A DNA stretch of 64,000 bases from Candidatus Hecatella orcuttiae. GTDB taxonomy: Archaea; Thermoproteota; Bathyarchaeia; Hecatellales; Hecatellaceae. Made by a program: the position numbers and the translations under genes. Positions 1 through 9,428 of this stretch are shown here, piece after piece. A model generated the notes under the pieces. It ran no database searches. It was not told the origin of the DNA and worked only from the letters and a program-made list of their open reading frames with translations. Each line of letters begins with the position of its first letter. Positions within the stretch are counted from its first letter, which is position 1. The stretch lies in NCBI GenBank assembly GCA_002011035.2, contig MTLY02000003.1, forward strand, positions 576,001 to 640,000, read 5' to 3'.

Positions 1-205
1 CCAGCAGCTCTTGGAAGAGGGGCGAAGGAGTCAGCTTCATAACTTCCCCGCCCACGTCCACCTCGCTGATGAAGACTCCCCCCACCTTCTTCCAGTTCCC
101 TATGACGTCGCGGAGAACAGTTCCCCCCTCTTCCATACAGGCGTAGAGTATGTCCTCAGCGATTCTTTCTTCACGGTTTTTCAGGTAGACTTTAAATTCG
201 CACAT
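1..205 (-). CDS. cooT: CooT-family nickel-binding protein (3' end runs off the window; not in the ORF track)
   Basis: Hand translation from ATG 205 gives MCEFKVYLKNREERIAEDILYACMEEGGTVLRDVIGNWKKVGGVFISEVDV..., with the Cys2 N-terminus and ED-I / LRDVIG pattern of CooT. It starts 2 nt after the AOR stop, with GGAGG upstream. Confidence 0.75.
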   Translation of the reverse strand, partial: MCEFKVYLKNREERIAEDILYACMEEGGTVLRDVIGNWKKVGGVFISEVDVGGEVMKLTPSPLFQELL

Positions 206-207
206 GG

Positions 208-2043
208 TTAGGTTTCCTCTCCTCTGGATTTTTTAGGCGCCAAGAGGTCCATGAGCATTTTTTCCTCAGGCACCAGTTTCAAACCTTCCCTCCGCCTGAG
301 CTTGACGTAGTGGGAGAGAATCTCTTCCACCTGGGAAGGTTCAAGTTTCCCCAGCGATGTTTCCCCCTCAAAAAACCTCCCGGGAACATCCTTGAAAGAA
401 GGCCTGAAGCCCTCTTGGAGTTTAAACTTGTAGAGGTTGTGGAAAATCTTCCTGCCTAAAGCCTTAAGCTCCTCGACGGTCGTTTCCACCCCCTCCGCCT
501 TCAGAGCCTTGACCACAGCTTCCTCGGTGTAAACTCTCCTAGAAAAGTAGCAGGCTCCGAGGGAGTAGAGGACGTAGAGCCAGTTTTCCTCAGCCACCAG
601 CCGCTCCGCCATCTCCCTAGGAGTCAGGGGCTTTTTCAAAGCCCTCTGGTCCACGGAGTAGCCTGCGTTGCTGAGATGGGAATGCCGAGCTCCCACAAGG
701 CCTCCCACGATAAAGGCGGGGCCGGTCATGTAGCCTGCCGGCCCGTTTTTCCCCAGGTTCATGGCGAAGTCCAGTCCCCCGTACTTCTCAGCCGCCGCCT
801 TCACTCCTTGAGCCAGCTTGGCGTAGAAGGGATTTCTGGTTTCCACGATGTTTTCCAGCATCCGAGCGTAGCTTTCCCAGTCCCCCCACCGGGGGACAAC
901 GCCTAAACTGTCTTCCCTGCTCACCAAGCCTTTCTCATAGGCTTCAGTAGCCCAAGCGAGGACGTTTCCCGCTATCATGGCGTCTAGGGCGTGATATTCG
1001 CAGAGGAAAATGAGGCGAAGCAGCCCCTCAGGGTCGCTGATCTCCAAATTGGAGCCCAAGGCATACATGGGCTCGTAGTTATAGGGCACCTGAAACTCTT
1101 CCGTGAAGATTTCCCGCCTAGCCTTCTCATGCTCAGGGGCGAAGGGCACCGCCAGCCGGGCTACATGGATGCAGGCGACGGGACATCCGGGGCAGGAGAT
1201 TTTTCTCCTCAGAAAGGCCTCCGCGTAAACGTCTCCGGAAATTTTCTCCACACCCTCAAACCGGGGCTTCTGAAAGTTTCTGGTGGGCAAGGCGCCCATC
1301 TCGTTCAGGACGAGGAGGTTTTCCGGGGTTCCTAAGTTGTGGTATTTAGCCATCACCTCGCCTTCCACTATCTTCCGGTGGAACTCCTCGTAGAGGGCTT
1401 TGGCCTCATCCGCCTTTTTCAGAGGCCGCTCTCTGGTTCCGGTGACCTGCAAAGCTTTAAGCTTCTTACTTCCCAGCACAGCCCCCAAGCCCAGTCTGCC
1501 AAAGTGATGGTAGCGGTCTACCAGAGCCCCTGCGTAGTAGACGAGGTTTTCTCCCGCCCGGCCGATGGACACTACGCTTCTCATCCCCTCAGGGGAGCCT
1601 CTCAAAGTTTTTTCCACCTGAAAAGTGGAAACCCCCCAAAGGGATGAAGCCTGCTCCAGCTTCACCTCCTCATCCGAGATCCTGAGGACCGAGGGCTTCT
1701 CGGCGGCTCCCTTGACCACCACAGCCCCATAGCCGGCTAGGGTGAGAGCTGTGGCCAGATGGCCGCCGGCGTGGCTTTCGCCTAGGTTGCCTGTCAAGGG
1801 TGATTTGAAGAAGGCGAAGGCCTTGACCATGCAGGGGAAAACAGCCGTCAAAGCCCCGACGGTAAAGATTACAGGAGCCTCGGGGGAGAAGGGGTCAACG
1901 CGAGGTGGGCATTCTTCTAAAAGTAGTTTAGAACCTACACCCGGGCCTCCCAAGTATTTTTTGAACAGCTCCCCGCCTTCCACCACCTTGGTGCTTTGCT
2001 CCGTCAAGTCGATGTAGAGAATTCTTTCGCGCATTTTCCTCAC
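208..2043 (-). CDS. Tungsten aldehyde:ferredoxin oxidoreductase (AOR/WOR family)
   Basis: Motifs YLGGPG, KSPLTG, GRLGLGAVLGSKKLKA, CPGCPVAC, and a fourth cluster Cys in SLGACYF; 611 aa. Confidence 0.9.
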   Translation of the reverse strand: MRKMRERILYIDLTEQSTKVVEGGELFKKYLGGPGVGSKLLLEECPPRVDPFSPEAPVIFTVGALTAVFPCMVKAFAFFKSPLTGNLGESHAGGHLATALTLAGYGAVVVKGAAEKPSVLRISDEEVKLEQASSLWGVSTFQVEKTLRGSPEGMRSVVSIGRAGENLVYYAGALVDRYHHFGRLGLGAVLGSKKLKALQVTGTRERPLKKADEAKALYEEFHRKIVEGEVMAKYHNLGTPENLLVLNEMGALPTRNFQKPRFEGVEKISGDVYAEAFLRRKISCPGCPVACIHVARLAVPFAPEHEKARREIFTEEFQVPYNYEPMYALGSNLEISDPEGLLRLIFLCEYHALDAMIAGNVLAWATEAYEKGLVSREDSLGVVPRWGDWESYARMLENIVETRNPFYAKLAQGVKAAAEKYGGLDFAMNLGKNGPAGYMTGPAFIVGGLVGARHSHLSNAGYSVDQRALKKPLTPREMAERLVAEENWLYVLYSLGACYFSRRVYTEEAVVKALKAEGVETTVEELKALGRKIFHNLYKFKLQEGFRPSFKDVPGRFFEGETSLGKLEPSQVEEILSHYVKLRRREGLKLVPEEKMLMDLLAPKKSRGEET

Positions 2044-2046
2044 AGG

Positions 2047-2481
2047 TCACTCTTTCATTTCTTCGTATTTGAAGACGTTGTGGGGGCAGAACTTGGCGCA
2101 GTCTCCGCATCGGTCGCAGACAATGGGGGAAGGTATCTTAGCCTTGAAGTCTATGGCCAAGGCCCCAAGCTTACAGGCGTGAACGCAGTCGTAGGTTTTA
2201 CATCCCTCACATTTGGCAGGGGTCAGCGATATGCCTCCCTCGGGAAGAGCGCTGAGGGCCTCCTGCGGACAGGCTTTGACGCATTCAGGGTCTTTGCAAA
2301 ACCGGCATGCTATCACATGGTAGGGGTTCTCTAGGCTTCCAGTTTCTCGAACGAAGACTGCTGTGCGGTTGACATCCACGGCATTGTAAAGATGCCTGGA
2401 GCAGGCGTAGACGCAGTTGTAGCAGCCGATGCACCTGTTGGGGTGGAGGACTTCTATGTGAAAACGCATCCCGATTACCAT
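2047..2481 (-). CDS. Multi-[4Fe-4S] ferredoxin-like electron-transfer subunit of the AOR
   Basis: CIGCYNCVYAC, CRFC..C...CP, CEGC...C..AC, CDRCGDC..CP; directly upstream of the AOR gene. Confidence 0.88.
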   Translation of the reverse strand: MVIGMRFHIEVLHPNRCIGCYNCVYACSRHLYNAVDVNRTAVFVRETGSLENPYHVIACRFCKDPECVKACPQEALSALPEGGISLTPAKCEGCKTYDCVHACKLGALAIDFKAKIPSPIVCDRCGDCAKFCPHNVFKYEEMKE

Positions 2482-2492
2482 GTATCAGATTT

Positions 2493-3947
2493 TCAGGTTT
2501 TTCGACCCTCTGGAGGCCGGGCCTCAGGAACTTGCCAGCTTTTCGACAGGAAATCCTTGATCTGGGATGAATCCTGAGGGCCTACCATAACCTCCCAGTG
2601 AGTGTCATCTTCCACATCTCCCCTCAGCCTAGCCGCTTTTCCAGGGAGGATCAGCTTCCTATGCTCCACTTTCTTTTCGATACCTGAAGATTCAACCACC
2701 TGTTTTACACGGGCGGAAGTGAACTGGCCGCCGGCCACGGAAACCTCCACAGCCAAGCCTTCTGTGTCGATCACCAGCACGTAGCCTGAAATCCCCGCCG
2801 ACTCCAAGTCGCCCAACACCGTGTAGGCAGTCAGGGCGAAGTTGGTGGTCACGAACACGGGGGACAGTCTATCAGGTTTACCCACCTCCCTTAAACCCGG
2901 CTCTATGGCCACAGGCTTCCGAGGGTCAGTGTAGATGTTCTGCCTCAGGGAGACGAGAGGGAGAAGGGTCCAAGGCTCCAAGGCGTGGAGGATGAGGATG
3001 TCTGAAAACCTGACGAGGAAGAGCGACGCCATGTAGGCTTCTTTAAAGGCAAGAGCCTGAGGATCCCCAGGGTTCTCCCCAGCCATCCAAACGGTGAGGG
3101 GCGCTGCCAAGAGGGGGTAGCCCAGCTCTTCGTCTTCCTGCTCGATGGCAGCCCGCCGGATCATGGTGAAGTTGTTGAAGGTCTCCCCGAGAAGATGCCC
3201 TTCGGTGTAGGTTCCGGGGTCTAAGACCAGCTCTCTCAGCCCCATGGCTTGGAGGGTTCGGCTTAGGGATTTGAGAAGCGGGAGATTGTTGGGGGCGAAA
3301 ACAGCCAAAGGCAGCTTATATTGAAGAGCTAAGGTGGCGACTTCCCTCCAGTTATCCTTGGTAGCCGCGTAGAGAAGCGGCCTCCGGTCGAAGACTCCCT
3401 TCTGCTCCACCGCCAGCCTCAAAGCTTCAGGGTTGAAGGAGCATAGAATCATGGGGAGGCTGCAGTTTTTAGCCGCCAAAGCCACGGCCTGAGCGAACCT
3501 TTCAGGGTTGTCGGAAGCGCAGCGGATGGCCACCATATCCAACCTAAGAGGCATTCCCATCCGTGTGACTTGGTATTCCTCCACCTTTCTGCACCGTTCC
3601 ACTATCTCAGAGTCTTCCAACTTATCGCTGACATCGACGGCTAAGGCGGTGGGGTTGTGGTAGGTTAACTCATGCCTATACATCACTTCCTTCCCGCCCA
3701 CTTTGACAGCTCTGTCCCCGACGCCTATGACAACCTCCCGAACCGGCGGGGCGAGGAGCTTGACCAACTGCTGGTGTTGCTTCCCGTACTTGGAAGCCTC
3801 CTCGATGAGGGGTTTACACTCCTCCACCGCCGCCTTCCTGTCCAGTAGCTTGGCGGCGAAGGACATGCAGCTTACTTCACCGCACTTGCCGCAGTTGGTT
3901 TGGGGAAGCAGCTTATAGACCGTGAGCATGGTAACCTTTTCCGGCAT
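2493..3947 (-). CDS. cdhE: ACDS complex gamma subunit (corrinoid Fe-S protein, large subunit)
   Basis: N-terminal LPQTNCGKCGEVSC...C, plus YRHEL, RQNIYTDPRKP and TTNFALT. Confidence 0.95.
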   Translation of the reverse strand: MPEKVTMLTVYKLLPQTNCGKCGEVSCMSFAAKLLDRKAAVEECKPLIEEASKYGKQHQQLVKLLAPPVREVVIGVGDRAVKVGGKEVMYRHELTYHNPTALAVDVSDKLEDSEIVERCRKVEEYQVTRMGMPLRLDMVAIRCASDNPERFAQAVALAAKNCSLPMILCSFNPEALRLAVEQKGVFDRRPLLYAATKDNWREVATLALQYKLPLAVFAPNNLPLLKSLSRTLQAMGLRELVLDPGTYTEGHLLGETFNNFTMIRRAAIEQEDEELGYPLLAAPLTVWMAGENPGDPQALAFKEAYMASLFLVRFSDILILHALEPWTLLPLVSLRQNIYTDPRKPVAIEPGLREVGKPDRLSPVFVTTNFALTAYTVLGDLESAGISGYVLVIDTEGLAVEVSVAGGQFTSARVKQVVESSGIEKKVEHRKLILPGKAARLRGDVEDDTHWEVMVGPQDSSQIKDFLSKSWQVPEARPPEGRKT

Positions 3948-3954
3948 GGCTCCA

Positions 3955-5154
3955 TCACCCTAAGGCTGTGATCCAGTTTTCGATATTCTGCTCAGCCTTC
4001 CTTTCTCCCCAAAAACATTCCACCAGCTGCTTCATCACCAGAAGGGCAGCGGGGTGGCTCATCAAGAAGATGTCGCAGCCGGCTGAGAGAAGAGTGGTGG
4101 CTGTGACGACCTCCCACAGAGGTCCTCGAACCTCTCTAGGACCCCAGTCTTCGATTTTAAGCCAAGCTTCCCGGGCTCCCCAAGCGTTGGACACAGGGCC
4201 TACCAGCGGCATCTGAAGCTCTGGGTCGCCTTTGAGAGCCGCCTGCCTCATCCGCTCCATGAAGCTGAAGGTGTACTCCAGACCGTAGCCTAGGGCCGCC
4301 GTGGTAGGGTCCATGACGATCTGCTCGGGGGTGAGGCCTTCGTCCAGCAGAAGCCTGTTGAGCTTTTTCTGGTTGTTGATGTCCATGGAGGTAAAAGAGA
4401 GCACCACGTGGCCGTGTTTCTTCACAGCCTCCGCCACCCTTTTGTAGTCGATGTCCAGCATGGCTCCGTTGATGATGCAGCGTTCCCCATGGGCTGCTTC
4501 CGCAGCCGCCTCCAAGACCAAAGGGTCCTTCTGCTTGTTTCCCGACCCCCCAATCATGAGGGGGACGTCAACGGCCTGCAAGACTTCTTCGACCACCTTG
4601 GTTGCTTCTCGAGGGGAGGCATCCTTCAACCCCGGGTCTGTGCTGACCAAGTTCAAGTCCACCATATCAGCGCCGAACTCTTCCACGCATTTTTTAGCCC
4701 ATTCCCCAGGGTCGTCCATTACATCTTCGTAATGTTGCCTAACCGGCTTGGCGAGGGTGAGAGGCATGTCGAAGATGTCGATAGCGAAAACAGGCCGGTG
4801 GGGGTTTAGCCCCTCGAAGCCGTAGAGAGGAGGATATTTTTCACCTCCTACTTTCAGCACTTTCCCTCGGCTGCCCCCCTCAGCTTTCGTGGCGCCCAGT
4901 TGAACCTCCACTACTTGGCCTTGATACTGGTGAATTGGGGGAGTGAAGGAAGCTTCCATAAGCTGCGTGACGGCTTCAGGTTTGGGAGCAGCAGCTTCGA
5001 CGGGGGGACGTACAGCCGCTGTGAGGGTGGGCTGAAATATTAGGGTTAGCTCTTCAGCAGTTATTTCCACTCCTTCTATTTCAATTTCTCCCAGCTTCTC
5101 CAGTAGCTCATGAAGTTTCCGTCCGAGAATCTGAACCTCGGAGTCTTCGCCCAT
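3955..5154 (-). CDS. cdhD: ACDS complex delta subunit (corrinoid Fe-S protein, small subunit)
   Basis: GGSGN..KDP, MDPTTAALGYGLEY, NAWGAREAW, RGPLWE, HP; archaeal-type N-terminus. Confidence 0.95.
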   Translation of the reverse strand: MGEDSEVQILGRKLHELLEKLGEIEIEGVEITAEELTLIFQPTLTAAVRPPVEAAAPKPEAVTQLMEASFTPPIHQYQGQVVEVQLGATKAEGGSRGKVLKVGGEKYPPLYGFEGLNPHRPVFAIDIFDMPLTLAKPVRQHYEDVMDDPGEWAKKCVEEFGADMVDLNLVSTDPGLKDASPREATKVVEEVLQAVDVPLMIGGSGNKQKDPLVLEAAAEAAHGERCIINGAMLDIDYKRVAEAVKKHGHVVLSFTSMDINNQKKLNRLLLDEGLTPEQIVMDPTTAALGYGLEYTFSFMERMRQAALKGDPELQMPLVGPVSNAWGAREAWLKIEDWGPREVRGPLWEVVTATTLLSAGCDIFLMSHPAALLVMKQLVECFWGERKAEQNIENWITALG

Positions 5155-5155
5155 T

Positions 5156-6553
5156 TTACTTCTTTTCCTCCCGCTTGATTATCACTTTCTCAGCGATGAT
5201 CTTGGCGTTTTTCAAGATAATCCTAAACCCTCCTCCTGTGGGGGAAACAGCGGTGAGGTAAGCCTCAGAGGGAAGAGGCACCGTTTCCATGGGCGCCGCT
5301 TCTAAGCCAGCCTCCACCTCCACCTCGGCAGCCGGCTTTTCCGGGGCCTTCCACCGTTGAACCACCGGATGGTCGACTTTTTGGAGGAAAACCTTTAACT
5401 CTTCTATGTTGCCGGCTTCCTTCTCTGTGGCTATTCGGCTCCGCAGGTCTTCGGGGATGGCGTCTAAAATTCTTTCCTTAATCTGCGAAGGCAGCCATAC
5501 CACCCGCTCCCAGCCTCCGTCGGCCTTGAGAAACTTTTTAGACCTGAGGTACTCGATGGCGATTCCTAGGAAACCTTCGTTCTGAACCCCGCCGCTGGTA
5601 TGCCCTGCCAGCGTGGAGAAGCTGAGGCCGTTGACCGCGGAGCCTTTGAACTCTCTGTGAACCACTCCGATACCGTCGACCTCCGGAATGTAGAAGGCGA
5701 TGGCCTCGAAGCAGCCGCATGAAGTGTGGGGGTGATGGAAAAGGGTGTGAAGCCAAACGTCTTGGATGGCTCCCAAAGACCTTTCGTTCACCGTCTTAGT
5801 AACTCCCTCGTAGGCGCCTTTCACCGGGTCAAGGCATTGCCCCTTGGGAACTGGAAAGTTGGGGCCTTTCGGGTCTATTCGGTAGGCTGCTCGGGCGTCA
5901 AACCAGCTTATGGAGCCGCAGCCGCCCATCCTGTTGGGGGTTATGATGCAGACGTGGGAGGGAGCGAAGGACTGGCACATGAGGCAGCCGTAAAACTCGT
6001 CCACATCCTCCTCCATCATCCCCCGGGCTTTGGCGTCTCTGGCCGCGTAGGTGTCCAAGGCTTTTGGGTAGAATTCCTCCACCTTCTCCGGGTCTGTGAA
6101 GAAGGTGACCTGAATCTTTTCGATGATGGGGAAGGTTTTCTTGAAAAGCATAATAAGCGCCCGCCCGATCCAGTTGAGGGAGTTCAGTCCCTTGGCGTAG
6201 GCCTTCTTGCTGATGCGGATCCATATGTCCGACCTCTGGTTAAGGTGCATCACACCCTCAATGTAGTTGAGAAAATAGTGGGTTCGACGCTCGAGAACAC
6301 CTTCCAGATCCTTTTCCACCTTCTCCCCCGCTACCTCTATGAGGATTCCCAGCCTGTAGCTTCGCCCCTCCTCTAATTGGGGAAGGTCTGGTCCTACGAT
6401 GGTTATTTTTCCATCTTCCACTTGGCCGGGAGGCTGGACTAGGGCTACTTCAAATTTTTTATCCACATTTAAGCCCCCGAACTCCAGCCGCATTTCCGGT
6501 TTCCGAATTCTTTCCCCTTCATGGATCTCGCTTATTTCTACAGGGAACTCCAT
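5156..6553 (-). CDS. cdhC: ACDS complex beta subunit (acetyl-CoA synthase)
   Basis: A-cluster motifs GCLMCQSFAPSHVC, CGSISW and HTSCGCFE; length of the short archaeal form. Confidence 0.96.
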   Translation of the reverse strand: MEFPVEISEIHEGERIRKPEMRLEFGGLNVDKKFEVALVQPPGQVEDGKITIVGPDLPQLEEGRSYRLGILIEVAGEKVEKDLEGVLERRTHYFLNYIEGVMHLNQRSDIWIRISKKAYAKGLNSLNWIGRALIMLFKKTFPIIEKIQVTFFTDPEKVEEFYPKALDTYAARDAKARGMMEEDVDEFYGCLMCQSFAPSHVCIITPNRMGGCGSISWFDARAAYRIDPKGPNFPVPKGQCLDPVKGAYEGVTKTVNERSLGAIQDVWLHTLFHHPHTSCGCFEAIAFYIPEVDGIGVVHREFKGSAVNGLSFSTLAGHTSGGVQNEGFLGIAIEYLRSKKFLKADGGWERVVWLPSQIKERILDAIPEDLRSRIATEKEAGNIEELKVFLQKVDHPVVQRWKAPEKPAAEVEVEAGLEAAPMETVPLPSEAYLTAVSPTGGGFRIILKNAKIIAEKVIIKREEKK

Positions 6554-6564
6554 TCGGCTTCACC

Positions 6565-6909
6565 TCAAGTTTTTTCTTCCCACCCCTTCAATCGGCTTTC
6601 TTTATACCTCCTAATCTGACGCAGTAACTCGCTTTTCAAGTTTTGCAGGACTGTTCGACCTAAGGGGGTCAGAACGTAGACTTGGTGAATGTAGGATTTC
6701 ACTATCAATTTCCCTTCCGCCAAGGTGTTCAAGTTGTCGCTGAGCACTTTGGGGTTGTCTTTCATTTTCTTCAAAAGTTCGGTGAAGGTAGCGGAGTTTT
6801 TTTGAAGATGAAACAGGATTCGCAGTCTTTTTGGGTTGGCTAAAGTTTTAAATAACCCAGCTAACTCCTCGCACTCTTTGGACTCCTCTTGGACGAGCTG
6901 TTCCAACAT
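6565..6909 (-). CDS. ArsR/HxlR-type winged-helix transcriptional regulator
   Basis: FKTLANPKRLRIL...TFTEL...LSDNL...YVLTPLG; first gene of the cdh operon. Confidence 0.85.
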   Translation of the reverse strand: MLEQLVQEESKECEELAGLFKTLANPKRLRILFHLQKNSATFTELLKKMKDNPKVLSDNLNTLAEGKLIVKSYIHQVYVLTPLGRTVLQNLKSELLRQIRRYKESRLKGWEEKT

Positions 6910-7116
6910 TTTCGCCTTTTATTAAAGGTAATTACCCCTCTGTAATAAGTGAAGGAGGGCTGAAAAGAAAACACATGTTTACTATTTAAGACTTTTGTAG
7001 GATGAAAGGAATACCTAAAATTAAGTATGTAAAGAAACAACCCTAAAAACGTACAGAAATGAAAAATTTAAATATGATTAGTAAAAAACTGCATTATATA
7101 TCTGCATAAAACCGCG
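6910..7116. promoter_or_regulatory. AT-rich divergent promoter region with TATA-like boxes and the palindrome GGTAATTACC (6927-6936)
   Basis: CTTAAATA on the minus strand (~6983-6990); TTTAAATA and TTATATA on the plus strand; perfect 10-bp palindrome just upstream of the regulator. Confidence 0.5.
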
Positions 7117-8331
7117 GTGGAAACTACGGTGGACACAGAAATGGACCCGGAGGAAGATTGTTTCCTTAGTCCATATACCAGAGAGCCGAACCTAAACGGC
7201 CAAATCCAAATCTGCGACACAACCCTAAGGGACGGCCATCAGACACCCGGGGTAGTCTTCACCGTCGAAGAAAAGGTGGAGATAGCCAAGCTTCTGGATG
7301 AAATAGGCATTCACCAAATAGAGGCAGGTGTACCGGTCAGCTCCCCCCGGGAAGAGGAAGCCCTCCGACGGATAGTCAAGGAGGTAAAACATGCCAGCGT
7401 CATGGGGTGGTGTCGAGCTGTCCCTAGGGATGTGGACTCCGTGGTCCGCTGCGGCGCTGACGCCGTAACTGTCTCCATGGCCACCTCAGACCTCCACCTG
7501 AAACATAAACTGAAAATCTCAAGGCAAGAGGCCATAGAACGGATGAAGCAAAGCGTCCTCAAAGCGAAATCCGCCGGCCTTTACGTTTCGGTGACGGCGG
7601 AAGACGGCACCCGTACGTCCTACGAGGCTCTGCTTCAATTCACCCAAGCCGCCAAGGAGGCGGGAGCCGACCGTCTGAGGCTGGCTGACACTGTGGGGGC
7701 CATGCATCCCACCGCTGTTTCATCCTTGGTCAGGAGGCTTTTGAAGGACGGAGGCCTGCCCATTGAGATCCACGCTCACAACGACTTAGGGCTGGCGGTG
7801 GCCAATTCCTTCGCAGCAGTCGAAGGGGGGGCCTCGTGGATTAGTACCACCGTCAACGGTTTAGGGGAAAGAGCCGGTAATGCCGCTTTAGAGCCTGTGG
7901 TGGTGGGGCTGAAGTTCCTCTATCGGAAGGATTTGGGATTAAACCTCAAACGGCTGCCGGAGCTTTCCAGCCTCGTGGAGAAGGCTTCAGGGATACCTGT
8001 GGGGCATTTCGCCCCCATCGTAGGAGCCAACATGTTCAACCACTCCAGCGGCATCCATGTTCACGGGCTGATAAGCCATCCTCGCACCTACCAGCTGGTG
8101 GTTCCGGAGGATGTGGGGCGGGAGATGAACATCACCATCGACAAATACAGCGGTAAGGCAGCTGTCCAAGCCAAACTGGAACGGCTGGGAATAAGCTTCC
8201 CTGAAAAACTGGTAGACCAGCTGCGGGAGAGGCTGGTGGAAAAATCCTATCAACTCAAAAGAGGTTTAACGGACAGGGAGTTTGAGGACACTCTTCAAGA
8301 ATTCACCGGAGACATCCGCCTTCAGAGGTAG
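7117..8331 (+). CDS. Homocitrate synthase-like DRE-TIM enzyme (AksA/NifV-like, no regulatory domain)
   Basis: [33 protein letters not shown]. Confidence 0.82.
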   Translation: METTVDTEMDPEEDCFLSPYTREPNLNGQIQICDTTLRDGHQTPGVVFTVEEKVEIAKLLDEIGIHQIEAGVPVSSPREEEALRRIVKEVKHASVMGWCRAVPRDVDSVVRCGADAVTVSMATSDLHLKHKLKISRQEAIERMKQSVLKAKSAGLYVSVTAEDGTRTSYEALLQFTQAAKEAGADRLRLADTVGAMHPTAVSSLVRRLLKDGGLPIEIHAHNDLGLAVANSFAAVEGGASWISTTVNGLGERAGNAALEPVVVGLKFLYRKDLGLNLKRLPELSSLVEKASGIPVGHFAPIVGANMFNHSSGIHVHGLISHPRTYQLVVPEDVGREMNITIDKYSGKAAVQAKLERLGISFPEKLVDQLRERLVEKSYQLKRGLTDREFEDTLQEFTGDIRLQR

Positions 8332-8335
8332 CAGG

Positions 8336-8818
8336 TCAGCTTCTGCCCCGAAGGCGGAAGCCTGCCTCTGAAACCCAGTAGGCGGTTCCGTTTTCCAGTA
8401 TTTCCTTCTTGTAGATGGGTACCTCCGCCTTCATTCTGTCGACGGTTGCTTGAAGGGTTGGGAAGACATCCTCCCGAGAGCTCCCAGCCACCAGCACGTA
8501 GACGATGTCCTCCCCAAGGTTGAGGTCGTCCACCACGTGGTGAATCTGAACCTCGATGACGCTGGGCTTGGCGAGGGTTTCTTTTCGAATTTTCTCCATG
8601 GCCGCAGGGGCTTCATCCTCATAGGCTTCGTAGCTTAGGCTTCTGACAGGTTTGCCTTCGGAGGAAAACCCGCGGACGATGCCTATGAAAATTCCTATGG
8701 CTCCTACCTCGTGAAAACGAGGGTTCTCCCTCAGTTTCTCCAGCATTTTTTCCACTGAAATCTCCCCCTTCTTATGGATGCCGACCCAGCCCAAAGTTTC
8801 CACCTCGGTTAACAGCAA
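8336..8818 (-). CDS. moaE: Molybdopterin synthase catalytic subunit
   Basis: GAIGIFIGIVR, LSYEAY, VPIYKKE. Confidence 0.9.
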   Translation of the reverse strand: MLLTEVETLGWVGIHKKGEISVEKMLEKLRENPRFHEVGAIGIFIGIVRGFSSEGKPVRSLSYEAYEDEAPAAMEKIRKETLAKPSVIEVQIHHVVDDLNLGEDIVYVLVAGSSREDVFPTLQATVDRMKAEVPIYKKEILENGTAYWVSEAGFRLRGRS

Positions 8819-8988
8819 AAAAGCCGCTGGAGGTAGGTAAACTTTTCCTAAAGCAACCGTGCATATGTGGATTCTGCTTTTTCTCTTGTAAAAGCAATCT
8901 GGCTATGTCCGTCGGCTTCCCTATCGATGATGCCTTCATTCTCCTCCCTGATCCCGTGGAAGAGTGTTTCTCACGCAGGGTTCTAGAG

Positions 8989-9318
8989 CTATTTCTGCAT
9001 GTAGCTTTTTATGGCTTCAACCTTGTCTTCCATGGTTCGAGGTTTATCTCTCCGGTCGTCGATTCTCAGCGTTGACTCCATCCTTTGGACTCCCATCTTG
9101 GAGACCGCCTCATGAGCCGCCTTAACCGCCTCCAATATGACTTCCAGCTTCTCCGCCTCAAGGATGGTGCCCATGGCAGTTACCTGACAGCGGACGCCTT
9201 CCACTTTGTTCATGGCGTTGACAGCCTCTCCGATGTACCTCCCCAAACTGGTCGTTCCCAGCCCGATGGGTGTGATGCTGAAATCGGCTATGACGGAAAT
9301 TTTCTTGGAAACAGCCAA
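8989..9318 (-). CDS. MTH1187/YkoF thiamine-binding family protein
   Basis: ADFSITPIG...TAMGTILE...LRIDDRRDK. Confidence 0.88.
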   Translation of the reverse strand: MAVSKKISVIADFSITPIGLGTTSLGRYIGEAVNAMNKVEGVRCQVTAMGTILEAEKLEVILEAVKAAHEAVSKMGVQRMESTLRIDDRRDKPRTMEDKVEAIKSYMQK

Positions 9319-9428
9319 ACCCGTTCACCGACCATCTAGGGTCAACGAAGGCTTAAATCCTTTTTGCAGGTTAACTCCCTTCACCAAAAACTCCGAGAGA
9401 CAGGAAAACAGCAGGGACACCGACCTGT

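Noticed and set aside
208-2043. Loss of a [4Fe-4S] ligand in the AORs (RHSH / RGGHH instead of RGxCH)
   Set aside because: The fourth ligand is the later Cys (SLGACYF; DSLILCKF), which is present in both enzymes.
8772-8939. 55-aa minus-strand ORF with a GGAGGAG site upstream of moaE (possible MoaD)
   Set aside because: It has no ubiquitin-like features or C-terminal GG, overlaps moaE and shows no recognisable motif.
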